A stretch of DNA of 64,000 nucleotides from an uncultured bacterium (lineage in GTDB: Bacteria > Chlamydiota > Chlamydiia > Chlamydiales > SM23-39): positions 832,001 through 896,000 of the forward strand of contig OY970323.1 in the NCBI GenBank assembly GCA_963716985.1, written 5' to 3'. A program made the position numbers and the translations under genes. The notes under the pieces are model-generated. The model had not been told where the DNA came from, did no database searches, and worked only from the letters and a program-made list of their open reading frames with translations. This document shows, in pieces, positions 39,883 to 49,223 of this stretch (positions within the stretch are counted from its first letter, which is position 1; the number at the start of each line of letters is the position of its first letter).

Positions 39883-41267
39883 CTGATCCTTATACACAAG
39901 TCAACATCCACAACCTAAAAGCGCTCCCATTAACATGTCTTGCAATCGTTTATAACCCTTCCAAATTGTTTGCCACCCAGGCTCCCCATCTGATTTGCGC
40001 CCTATAAAACCCCCCATACGAGCCAGAGAACGCCAGAAATCTTTCACCGTTTTCAATTTCACCATCAGATGCCTTTCTATGAGCGTAATCCAAGGCTTGG
40101 GCACTTTTTCCTCGACCGGTGTTTCCGGAGACAACCGACATCGTTCTCTCATCGATAAAAGTTGCGTCGCTATCACCCCAATCATTCCAAATAGTGCAAG
40201 AATTCGGCTCGCCTGTTTAAGCTGATTATCTTCGATTCGAAAGCCCGTTTTGACCGCCTTATGATAATCCTCTATAAGCCAGCGTCGGCGGTAGATTCTG
40301 ACGATTCTTAGGGAGTCTTCTTGATTGTTGACAGGAAGATTCGTAACCAATAGCCATTCTAACCTGGGCCTATCGGGACACCACACTCGAATATACGTCA
40401 CTTCTTCACCTGCTGAACCCCCATTTCCTGGAGGAAACAATTTCGCTTTGACCCAAGTTATTTCCAGTGTCACTTCACCACCAAATTCTTCGCCTTTTGC
40501 TTTCACATACAGCGTGGATGTACACTTGGCTGTCTGTTGACGAATCCATGAAAAAAGACGTGTCTTCTCGCCATCAATCTCGACTTTGCGATCATGTCGC
40601 GCCCGCACTACACATTTCCACCCCAGCCTATTTGCATTATTCAAAAAATCATAAATATCATTGGCGCGATCGCCAACGCTCACCCAGTTCTCCTGGGGAC
40701 GTCCCATTTTCTCTAACGTCCTCAGCCACACCTCAGATTCTTTCGAATCACTCGCCGATTTTTCTTCGGGACGCACCCAAGCCTCCTGGTAACCAAGTCC
40801 CAAAATTTCGGTTTCTTCAGATTCATGATATTTGGCGACCAGGCATGAGTGAAACATGAGTCCATTTCCGTTACTGTCCGCGGTTGGTCCAAGTCCATGT
40901 GTCCATGGATGGGAATTGAACAAAAGCTCTGAACCATCTTGAATAAATAGAACAAGCTGTTCCGACCAGCGCGCCTTTTCTAAGACTTGATCGTAATGGG
41001 GTTGTTGAAGCGCCTGATGTGTAATTTTAGGATTATTAAAAAAGCGGTAAGTTCCCTGGAGATCTGCCCATTTATCAAAGCGTCCTGCCAGGGACTCTTC
41101 AGGATGTTCTGCGCAACCTATAGCAACGTCAACGGCCCTCTTTTGCAGGCGGGCATCTCCTACATCGATAGTAGAAAATTGTTCATAAATCCATTGTTCT
41201 TTCATGATACCGCTCCTTTTAAAAAAGGAACAGTATACTAAATTTTAGACTTGTGTGTAAGGATCAG
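39883..41267 (-). mobile_element. IS4-family (IS50/Tn5-like) element with 9-bp TSD
   Basis: Ends ctgatccttatacacaagtc / gacttgtgtgtaaggatcag resemble the IS50 outside end; TSD gtctagaag. Confidence 0.95.
39901..41205 (-). CDS. IS4/Tn5-like transposase
   Basis: GDARLQKR, IQDGS, GDRAND, YRRRWLIEDYHK (YREK), GEPGWQTIWKG. Confidence 0.95.
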   Translation of the reverse strand: MKEQWIYEQFSTIDVGDARLQKRAVDVAIGCAEHPEESLAGRFDKWADLQGTYRFFNNPKITHQALQQPHYDQVLEKARWSEQLVLFIQDGSELLFNSHPWTHGLGPTADSNGNGLMFHSCLVAKYHESEETEILGLGYQEAWVRPEEKSASDSKESEVWLRTLEKMGRPQENWVSVGDRANDIYDFLNNANRLGWKCVVRARHDRKVEIDGEKTRLFSWIRQQTAKCTSTLYVKAKGEEFGGEVTLEITWVKAKLFPPGNGGSAGEEVTYIRVWCPDRPRLEWLLVTNLPVNNQEDSLRIVRIYRRRWLIEDYHKAVKTGFRIEDNQLKQASRILALFGMIGVIATQLLSMRERCRLSPETPVEEKVPKPWITLIERHLMVKLKTVKDFWRSLARMGGFIGRKSDGEPGWQTIWKGYKRLQDMLMGALLGCGC

Positions 41268-41409
41268 GTCTAGAAGACATGGAGGAACATGGCTTGCTTG
41301 ATATGTTTGAAGCAAGATGCGAAGAAATTCAGAAAAAGACATCTGATATGGGATGGGGTTTTGGGATTGCAGTTACCGATTTATATGACGAGTATTTCTC
41401 TGTAGCAAA

Positions 41410-41943
41410 ATGAATAAGTGGTTTATATCCGACACGCATTTCTCTCACACCAATATCATCCCCTATACAGGGCGACCCTTCCCGTCTGTCCATGAGATGG
41501 ACGCACAGCTTATTGCAAACTGGAATGCCCATATTGATCTTAGCGATACAGTGTTCTTTTTGGGCGATTTCGGTCTCAGTGGGACTGATTTTCTCACGGA
41601 TCTTTGCTCTCGACTTCATGGGAATAAGATTTGCATTCGAGGAAATCACGATGGCACTCTCGCCAAAATGCATAAAATCGGCTTCTTGCTTGTGCTAGAA
41701 TCTGCCTTCATCAAAGTGGGTCGGCACCAAGTCGAGCTTGTTCACATTCCTAGTCATCCGGCACCTTCTCATTTTCAACTCCATGGCCATGTGCACGAGA
41801 AGCGGCCAAATAAGCTGGTTGGTCGGCAACTCAATCTTTCCGTTGAGGTCTGGGATTACAAGCCTGTTCCCGAAAAGACCATCATTGCTCTGCTTGATCG
41901 CGCAGATCCGATTCTTGAACCTCATTCTCTTACTGCTTTTTGA
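41410..41943 (+). CDS. Calcineurin-like metallophosphoesterase (phage-type)
   Basis: ISDTH, LGD, GNHD, HGHVH. Confidence 0.9.
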   Translation: MNKWFISDTHFSHTNIIPYTGRPFPSVHEMDAQLIANWNAHIDLSDTVFFLGDFGLSGTDFLTDLCSRLHGNKICIRGNHDGTLAKMHKIGFLLVLESAFIKVGRHQVELVHIPSHPAPSHFQLHGHVHEKRPNKLVGRQLNLSVEVWDYKPVPEKTIIALLDRADPILEPHSLTAF

Positions 41944-42153
41944 CTGTTCAATATTTTTACCTGTTCAATATATATTGAACAGTTGAATTAAGTGAACAGC
42001 CGGCAGCTAAGATCTTTGAGAGTCAAAGGTGTCGTTTCTTTCTGCCGGTTAAGAAAGTGGATTTTTGAGGTCGTTTTGGAATAGCCAGTCAAGAAGGATG
42101 CATCATTCGATCGATTTTCTCTGCAACTTCGGACACAACTATATTGATAGCAG

Positions 42154-43872
42154 GTAAGTTCTCAAAAACCCTTGGTAAAGCATAACGCCTCAAGTAAACT
42201 TAAATTTTTATTTTGTCTTTAAGGCTATTTCCATATATGATTTCAGGAATGAAACTGCAAATTCCTGAAATTCCCGAGAATCTTGTTCTAGATCCAACCA
42301 TCAACAAGTTGGTCGAATTGCTTCAGGTTTGCCTTAGGATCATTCAGGAATTGACGGAAGAAAACGCTCATCTCAAAGATGAAATTGCAAAACTTAAAGG
42401 TCAAAAACCACGGCCAAAATTATCCCCTTCAAGAACAGCTGATGATGCAAAAAATAAGCCGCCTCCCAAAAACTCTGATATTCATCGTTCTTCTTCTCGC
42501 AGACAAAGAAAAAAAGAGCAAAAGACAGTTTTGCCCAACAATATTCCTGCCGGATCGATTTTTAAGGGCTATGATACCTACAACGTTCAAGATCTCCGCA
42601 TAGAGTCTCTTGAAATACAATTTCGCCTTGCGGTCTATTTGAGTCCTGACGGGTCACGTATTCGTGGAGAACTTCCCCCGGAATATCAACAAGGTCATTT
42701 TGGGGCGGAACTGATTGCTTATTGCCTTTCGCAATATCATCAATGCCATGTGACAGAGCCTCTTTTGTTAGAACAGCTTTATGAAATGGGAATCGACATT
42801 TCCCCGGCGCAACTCAGCAATATTCTGATTCAGAACAAAGAAAGCTTTCACCAAGAAAAAGAAGAGATTCTCAAAGCCGGCCTGGTTTTCAGTAAATTTC
42901 TTAATGCAGATGATACGGGTGCAAGACACGATGGGAAGAACGGATACTGCACAGCCATCGGCAGTCCTTTGTTTACCTACTTTGAAAGCACAGGTTCTAA
43001 AAGTCGAATCAATTTTTTAAAAATCTTGCAGGGCAAGGAAGAATTGTATGCTCTAACGGAAGAGGCCATAAATTATGCTTTCGAGCATGGGATTGGAGAA
43101 AAATCTCTCGCAGCTCTGGAGAAGCATAAAGGTAAACAATTTCAAGAAAGCGCTTTTTGGGAAAATTTTCTTAAAAAACAAAAAATCGAATCTGAAAAAG
43201 ATCGTAGAATTGCTACTGAAGCGGCTCTTTTAGGCGGGGCTTTGGAAAAAGGAGTCAACCCATTTCTGATTACGATAAGTGATGCTGCAAGACAGTTTGC
43301 AATTTTTCTAAATGGGCTTTGTTGGGTCCATGAAGAACGTCATTATCGAAAACTGATTCCTCTATCAGATGTTGAAAAAATAGAGCTTGAAATGGTTCGT
43401 TCAGATATTTGGGATTTTTATGAAGCGCTGAAAGAATACAAGAAAAAACCGACTCTTGTCCTGCAGAAAACTCTTGAAGATCGATTCGATCAGATTTTCG
43501 GCAAAGCATACAAAAGTGCAGCCATAAATTCACTTCTTGCGAATACCCGGTCAAGAAAAGACGGGCTCTTGCTCGTCCTTAAGTATCCATTTATTCCTCT
43601 TCATAACAATGACTGCGAAAGAGATATCCGTGAATATGCAAAGCGGAGAAAGATCTCTGGAGGCACACGAAGCGAAGCTGGCCGCAAAGCCAGAGACACT
43701 TTTGCAAGTCTCAAGAAAACCTGCATGAAATTAGGCATCAGTTTTTGTGACTATTTGAAAGACAGGCTTGTAAATGCAAAAAAAATTCCCCGGATGAAAG
43801 ATCTTATTGAACAAAAATCACAGGCATCGCCGGCAAGTTTTTAGTTTTTCCCAGACGTTTTTGAGAACTTAC
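42154..43872 (+). mobile_element. IS66-family single-ORF element, copy 2, 8-bp TSD
   Basis: Same length (1719 bp), same IRs and identical protein as copy 1; TSD gatagcag. Confidence 0.95.
42249..43844 (+). CDS. IS66-type DDE transposase
   Basis: Translation identical to 28247-29842. Confidence 0.92.
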   Translation: MKLQIPEIPENLVLDPTINKLVELLQVCLRIIQELTEENAHLKDEIAKLKGQKPRPKLSPSRTADDAKNKPPPKNSDIHRSSSRRQRKKEQKTVLPNNIPAGSIFKGYDTYNVQDLRIESLEIQFRLAVYLSPDGSRIRGELPPEYQQGHFGAELIAYCLSQYHQCHVTEPLLLEQLYEMGIDISPAQLSNILIQNKESFHQEKEEILKAGLVFSKFLNADDTGARHDGKNGYCTAIGSPLFTYFESTGSKSRINFLKILQGKEELYALTEEAINYAFEHGIGEKSLAALEKHKGKQFQESAFWENFLKKQKIESEKDRRIATEAALLGGALEKGVNPFLITISDAARQFAIFLNGLCWVHEERHYRKLIPLSDVEKIELEMVRSDIWDFYEALKEYKKKPTLVLQKTLEDRFDQIFGKAYKSAAINSLLANTRSRKDGLLLVLKYPFIPLHNNDCERDIREYAKRRKISGGTRSEAGRKARDTFASLKKTCMKLGISFCDYLKDRLVNAKKIPRMKDLIEQKSQASPASF

Positions 43873-44672
43873 GATAGCAGGGGATGGGTGGCGTTCCTTT
43901 TCTTTGGTCCAGAAGTAAGGGGTCTCTAATTCATCTAGACAAAGTCCTTCGGCTATCTCTCCTGCAAGACGGGCAAAATGCATAATTGTTAGAAGCGCGT
44001 TTAGTTGCGCTTGACGTCGATTGGGATCGTAAGGTTTGATATGAGCCATTAACCCATCTTGATTTATCCATTGTCGCACTATTAACCCTTGCTCCATGTG
44101 ATGAGATATTTTTGACAGCCAGCCGTAAGTATACCCAAGTTCATGTGTAGGATAGCGCTTGGTGGCAAAAGTAACGGATTGAGATGCTTGATGCTTTCCA
44201 CCTTGAAGGGCGTTATATGCATTCTCGTTTTCTGAAGCATTCATAACAGCGCTTAAATCTTCCAAGATCATGCGAAGGTTGTTGAAAATAGTGCGCTCAT
44301 GCCCACGTTCTAAAGAATCTAAACAACAGCAACAATCAGATAATAAATTTCTGCTTATTAAAAGTAAGTTCATTATCTTTGTGTTGTCTCTTATAGATTG
44401 AACCTTTAGGCAATTATCGATTACTTGAGAGCTTACCTTCACGACTTCCCATGTTTTATTTAGGAGGTCTCCCAAATCTGCTTCTATTGACTTAGCATTA
44501 TTTTCCGCTATTTTCTTGAAACCGTTTCTCATTACGTTCATGAAGCACTCATTGGTTTTACATTAGGCGGTGCCACGATGATAGCTTCTAAGACGTAAGA
44601 TGCGCAAACAGCTAATTTCTCTGATATCAGGTCTTTCAAGGAGCTCTATGGGCTGATCGTCTCTGACAAAAT

Positions 44673-45698
44673 CTATAGTTGGATTTTGAAGATCGGCTCA
44701 AAGATCTCTTGAAAGACATGTGTTTTGGGGTCTAGTTGGTAGAGTTTTCCCGGGCGTTTCGCAATCGTCTTCTGCAAGCTCGTCTCGATATTTGTAATCG
44801 AGCCTAGAATCAATGCATTACGCTTTTCAAAAGCCTGTTGATCATGAGGCGGATAAGCCACCGCGCGAATGGGGCGTAGCTCTTCATCTACTTTTCTTCC
44901 CATAATCAAATAGGTATGCATCTCGGTATCAGCCATGTCCTCAAACTCTTTGAAATGCGAATGGAATTCCATGTCATAGTAGCCAGCTTGATCGTCAATG
45001 ATTTTGCCTAAGGGAAGCTCTACGCCATCTTCCCAAAATTGGAGCCAGAAACCCAGTTGTCTTTGTCTAATTAGCTTGAGAGAAAGTCCTATTGGGTTAA
45101 TGCCACAAAATGTGTCCCATGACAAATATCTAGTTGCGTATTTTACAAAGCCGACAAAGTCCGTCCTCATGCAGTCGATGATGTCACCGAATAAGACCTT
45201 TTGTAGCTCTTGCGCGCCCTTAAAAGAAGAAGCTCGCTTCTCTCGGTTAGTCACCAAGTCCTCGAAGGTCGTCTGCAAGGTATGTATTTGCTCTGCTATG
45301 TGGGCATCAATCGCACTGGCAATACTACCGAGATTTTCGTCTATTAGGGCTATCGCCTCGGCGTTGATTGTCGCTGGGATATCGGGATCCACTTTTGCCA
45401 ATTCTACGTGGTGATCGAAAGTTGGTTTTTTCAGCTCTGTCGGAATTTTCAACTTCTTCTTTGTAAACCCAATGTATTCGAAGAAGAGATAACAGGACTG
45501 AACCGGTCGGAATCTTCGTCCAAATGTTTTTATAAACGGATCGTGTAGATCGTTCCAAATTTGCGGAATCTCCATTAACGATCTAACCACAGGATTATCA
45601 AAATAAAGCAATTCCACTACATATTCCCTAGAGAAAAAGTGAAATTTTACACCGACGCCATTTTTCGTTCCAACAGTCCTGCGATAGAATTCAAACAT
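44673..45698 (-). CDS. Hypothetical protein
   Basis: 341-aa ORF divergent from the integrase; no family recognised. Confidence 0.7.
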   Translation of the reverse strand: MFEFYRRTVGTKNGVGVKFHFFSREYVVELLYFDNPVVRSLMEIPQIWNDLHDPFIKTFGRRFRPVQSCYLFFEYIGFTKKKLKIPTELKKPTFDHHVELAKVDPDIPATINAEAIALIDENLGSIASAIDAHIAEQIHTLQTTFEDLVTNREKRASSFKGAQELQKVLFGDIIDCMRTDFVGFVKYATRYLSWDTFCGINPIGLSLKLIRQRQLGFWLQFWEDGVELPLGKIIDDQAGYYDMEFHSHFKEFEDMADTEMHTYLIMGRKVDEELRPIRAVAYPPHDQQAFEKRNALILGSITNIETSLQKTIAKRPGKLYQLDPKTHVFQEIFEPIFKIQL

Positions 45699-45735
45699 TT
45701 ACAACTAATCTCGTGCTATAACAATAGGAGGAAGC

Positions 45736-46881
45736 ATGGAAAAGATGGAAATGTCAGCAGACTTAAAAGCTGATGATTTGAGAGGAATCACGATGCGCAC
45801 GCATAGGCATTGTCAGTCCTATCGGGTTCGCATTCGTATGAAAGGCGGGCAATATTTCGATAGATCGTTTAAATCGAAGACCCTGGCTAAAAAATGGAAG
45901 AGGGATATGGAATCGGCTATAGAGCACGATCGGTATGAATTCACCAACCCAGCAACGAAGCATACGCTTGCAGAGTTGATCGATCTTTACATAGAAAGAG
46001 TGCTCCCCTCCAAGCCCAAAAATGCGAAGAATACTCGGAGACATCTGATTTGGTGGAAGCAGGAGCTTGGCCATCTTCTTTTGGCTCAAATCCGGCCGAG
46101 TTTGATTGCGGAAAAGAGGGATGATTTGCTTGCGGGATTTGTGAAAAACGGCAAGCTGCGCTCTGCTTCGACCGTCGTCCGCTATTTGAGCAGCCTTTCC
46201 CACGTTTTTTCAAAAGCTGTCAAAGAGTGGGAATGGGTGAGAGAGAATCCAGTCCTCAAGATTGAAAAACCAAAGCAGTCGCAGGGACGTAGGAGGGTTT
46301 TAGATGAAGCAGAGCAAAAAAACCTTCTGAAAGCATGTGAGGAGAGTGGGTCAAAGGATCTGTTCTTGATCGTTGCGATGGCTCTTGGGACAGGGATGCG
46401 CAAAGGAGAGATCATGGGTTTGCGCTGGAAGAATTTGAATTTGCATCTTGCTGCAGAGAAAGGGATTATTTTTCTCGAGAACACAAAAAATGGAAAGCCA
46501 CGGCCAATTCTTGTCACTGGGCTATTGTTGAATCTTTTGCGAGAGCGGTGCGCAAATCAGCGGGATGACGCTCTGGTTTTCCCTTCTCCCAATTGTCCAA
46601 GCAGACCTGTCGATATTCGATCAGCGTGGGAATGCGCCTTAAAAAACGCGGGCATCGAGGGCTTTGTATTTCATGGATTGCGTCACCAGACAGCTTCTTA
46701 TGCGGCTACGATCGAAGATAATCCGCTTGTGATCGGAGAGCTGCTTGGCCACGAAACGCTTCAAATGACGAAACATTACGTCCACCTTCCCAGCAGCCAC
46801 ATGCATGCAATGGTAGAGACTCTTCAGGCCAAAATTTTTCAAAATTATCGGGAGGGAAAAAATGAACAGCTTAGAAAATGA
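45736..46881 (+). CDS. Tyrosine recombinase/phage integrase
   Basis: TGMRKGEI (R), TKNG (K), FHGLRH, LLGH...MTKHY. Confidence 0.95.
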   Translation: MEKMEMSADLKADDLRGITMRTHRHCQSYRVRIRMKGGQYFDRSFKSKTLAKKWKRDMESAIEHDRYEFTNPATKHTLAELIDLYIERVLPSKPKNAKNTRRHLIWWKQELGHLLLAQIRPSLIAEKRDDLLAGFVKNGKLRSASTVVRYLSSLSHVFSKAVKEWEWVRENPVLKIEKPKQSQGRRRVLDEAEQKNLLKACEESGSKDLFLIVAMALGTGMRKGEIMGLRWKNLNLHLAAEKGIIFLENTKNGKPRPILVTGLLLNLLRERCANQRDDALVFPSPNCPSRPVDIRSAWECALKNAGIEGFVFHGLRHQTASYAATIEDNPLVIGELLGHETLQMTKHYVHLPSSHMHAMVETLQAKIFQNYREGKNEQLRK

Positions 46882-47590
46882 TGATTTTTCCGTTCGCACG
46901 CTTTGGCGACCCGAATTGTTGACCAGTGAAGAGCTGCAGGCGAGTCTGAAAGATGATTATTGGACGGCAAGAATCGCCGCCTGTCGAGCTTTGGGCATGA
47001 AAACTCCCGATGTGGGTAGCCTTGAAGAGGAGAAACGGCTTTGCCCAGATTTTGAGAAATACCACGCACTTTTTGAATCTTGCTTTGAAAACAAGAAGAT
47101 AGCGGTCCAGTGCCATTGCTTGGAACAGGGCAAAATGGTCTGTGCCGCAATGCCTGTTGATTGGCTCAAACTCATTCACAAAGGTCGGCTGACCGACGAT
47201 GGAATTGAGGACAAGGATGTGAAGAAAGCGGGGCTTTACATTTCTCCGGAGCTTACTGCTGCATGGCTTCTAATCGAAGGGAAGGCTTGCTTATCGAAAA
47301 GGCGCCCAGCTCATGAGCGAGAAGATATGGTTTTCATATGGAAAGCGGCGAGAAAAGTCCGAAAGAATTTCCCTCATCTACCTCCTCGCATGATTGCGCA
47401 GATCGTTCATCATCACACCTTGAAGCAAAGAAAATACCCTTTCAAGACGGTCTATGGTTGGGTCATTGCTTCCTTTACTCCCATGAATGAATGGTCAGCT
47501 CGAAAAAGGCGCGATCAAAATGGTCGTCCGAAAAAAGGGAGCTATCCCAAGATTACATTCGATTTCTCCTCCTATTTCTCAGATCTCTAA
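46862..47590 (+). CDS. Hypothetical protein
   Basis: 242-aa ORF overlapping the integrase stop. Confidence 0.65.
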   Translation: MNSLENDDFSVRTLWRPELLTSEELQASLKDDYWTARIAACRALGMKTPDVGSLEEEKRLCPDFEKYHALFESCFENKKIAVQCHCLEQGKMVCAAMPVDWLKLIHKGRLTDDGIEDKDVKKAGLYISPELTAAWLLIEGKACLSKRRPAHEREDMVFIWKAARKVRKNFPHLPPRMIAQIVHHHTLKQRKYPFKTVYGWVIASFTPMNEWSARKRRDQNGRPKKGSYPKITFDFSSYFSDL

Positions 47591-47706
47591 TTCGCATTCA
47601 AGCACTGCTTTTAAAATTTGTGACCGAAGACATTTTTAATGGCGATGCTTTGCCATAAAATACGGCTATTTAATTCAAACTGCGAGCAATGCAGAAGGAG
47701 GATAAC

Positions 47707-48006
47707 ATGAGAAACGATAGACAAGATTCTAAAAAGAGCACTGAGGGAATGGGGGATGAATCAAAGCAAACACGGTTCATTCCTGTCTCGAAATGGAATG
47801 AATTTCACGAATGGCCACCCGTCGGAGGGATGCGCCATCTGATCTTTTTCCGCAATGACAATGGGTTTGCCAAAGTCTTAAAGCGGCCCAATAGGACATG
47901 GCTGGTCGATGAAAGGGCTTTCTTCAAATGGGTCTCAGAAAGGAAATATAAACCTCGCAAAAAAGAGCTGCAGGATATTGCTATCACAAAAATAGCATCT
48001 GAATAG
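47707..48006 (+). CDS. Excisionase-like DNA-binding protein
   Basis: WPPVGGMRHLIF...NGF...LVDERAFFKWV; RBS GGAGG before ATG 47707. Confidence 0.65.
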   Translation: MRNDRQDSKKSTEGMGDESKQTRFIPVSKWNEFHEWPPVGGMRHLIFFRNDNGFAKVLKRPNRTWLVDERAFFKWVSERKYKPRKKELQDIAITKIASE

Positions 48007-48014
48007 GTCGTAAG

Positions 48015-48374
48015 ATGCCGAAGACTGGATTCATAAAGCTTCATCGCGAAGGGCTTGAGTTACTAGAAGCTAGCCCCTCAGCATTCTTGCTCTTGGCTCT
48101 GATTGCCTTCCGCGCTAGGCGAACAGGGTCAACGTATTCAACGCATAAGCTGAAGATGAATGAAGCAGTCATCGGAGATCATGAGACGATCGGTTTGACC
48201 AGGCAGCAGTATAGAGGTGCTATGGAGAAGCTGGAAAAATATGGGCTCGCGGTTTTCAAAAGAGATAAGAGAGGAACGATTGCGACTCTGACCAGTACGG
48301 CCATCTTCGATATCAATGCTGAATCAGAGGGGGGTGTCGCAACGAGGATCGCTGAAATAGAACGAGTTAAATAA
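48015..48374 (+). pseudogene. Phage replication-initiator-like N-terminal wHTH, probably truncated at att
   Basis: GFIKLHR...LLALIA.RA...GLTRQQYR...LEK.G; stop lies 1 bp from the tRNA remnant. Confidence 0.5.
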
Positions 48375-48375
48375 A

Positions 48376-48549
48376 TGGGGCAACCAGGACTTGAACCTGG
48401 GACCGACGGGTTATGAGTCCGCTGCACCCGCACCACTTCCCAGCAGCTAACTACTCAGAATCATAGCGGAAAGCATCCCTTTCCATCCATCGCGAACTAT
48501 CGTGATTTGTTGCTCTTTTTTGTATGCCAGTGGTCCACAAATGGTCCAC
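48376..48549 (-). repeat. att site copy C: tRNA(CAT) 3' half plus arm
   Basis: GCAGCGGACTCATAACCCGTCGGTCCCAGGTTCAAGTCCTGGTTGCCCCA; arm homologous to copy B. Confidence 0.88.
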
Positions 48550-49223
48550 GGATTAATCTATGTACTCAAGATACCTTTTGGATCTAGCGATGAATAAAAG
48601 GTTCATATCGGACGCTCCTTTCTCTCATGCGAATCTATAGATTAAGAATTGCAGTTGCTGAGTATGTGAGTGTTGATTAGGTTTGATCTTTCGTGCTGAT
48701 AAAAAGGTAGGCGATTCCTTTGTAGATTTCATAGCGTTGTACGTTGTGTAGATGATCAGGAATGGACGGTATGGGTTTGCGAACCCCGGGATTGAGAAGA
48801 GGAAGTAGAAGACGTCCTATAGGATGATGAAAATTTTCGCTCATGTGCTCATCCCCCCAAGCAATAATACCGCCTTTACGAGTCACTCTCACAAATTCTC
48901 TCAACGCAATATCTGGATGACTGAACCTGTTGATTCCTCCCATGTGAAATAGTGCGTCGAAAGATTCATCAGCAAAGGGAAGATATTCGGCATTTGCCTG
49001 AATGAGAGGTATGTTTAGATCACCATGCTGCTTTCGGCATTGTTGCAACATGCACATGGAAAGATCGGCCGATAGGATTTGCGCCTCTTTCCCGAGTGCC
49101 TCGCGTAAGAGGGGCTGAAATACGCCGGATCCGGGAGAGACTTCAAGCAGCCGAATTCCCGGCTTTAGATTTAGTAGGGACATGATGTTTTTCCGTTCGC
49201 GCTGCATGTGAATGCCCGCTAGC

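Larger units (their letters stand above)
39495..41413 (+). pseudogene. DUF6155-like protein split by an IS4 element
   Basis: YGDIDERFYSSMESMF continues after the TSD as DMEEHGLL...MGWGFG...EYFSVAK*. Confidence 0.8.
42089..44541 (-). pseudogene. Hypothetical (DUF5677/HEPN-like) gene interrupted near its 3' end by IS copy 2
   Basis: LRMILE...YGWLSKISHH; true C-terminus NIVVSEVAEKIDRMMHPS* lies at 42089-42145. Confidence 0.6.

Noticed and set aside
39883..40007. C-terminus of ORF 39495-40007
   Set aside because: Read-through into the IS4 end; the real C-terminus lies at 41277-41413
41961..41982. LexA box
   Set aside because: Spacing is CTGT-N14-ACAG rather than CTGT-N8-ACAG
43804..43872. C-terminus of ORF 43804-44541
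   Set aside because: Derived from the IS end; the native tail is at 42089-42145
26784..48425. Three possible tRNA genes
   Set aside because: Only the anticodon-to-acceptor 3' part is present; no D-arm or 5' acceptor strand, so they are att remnants
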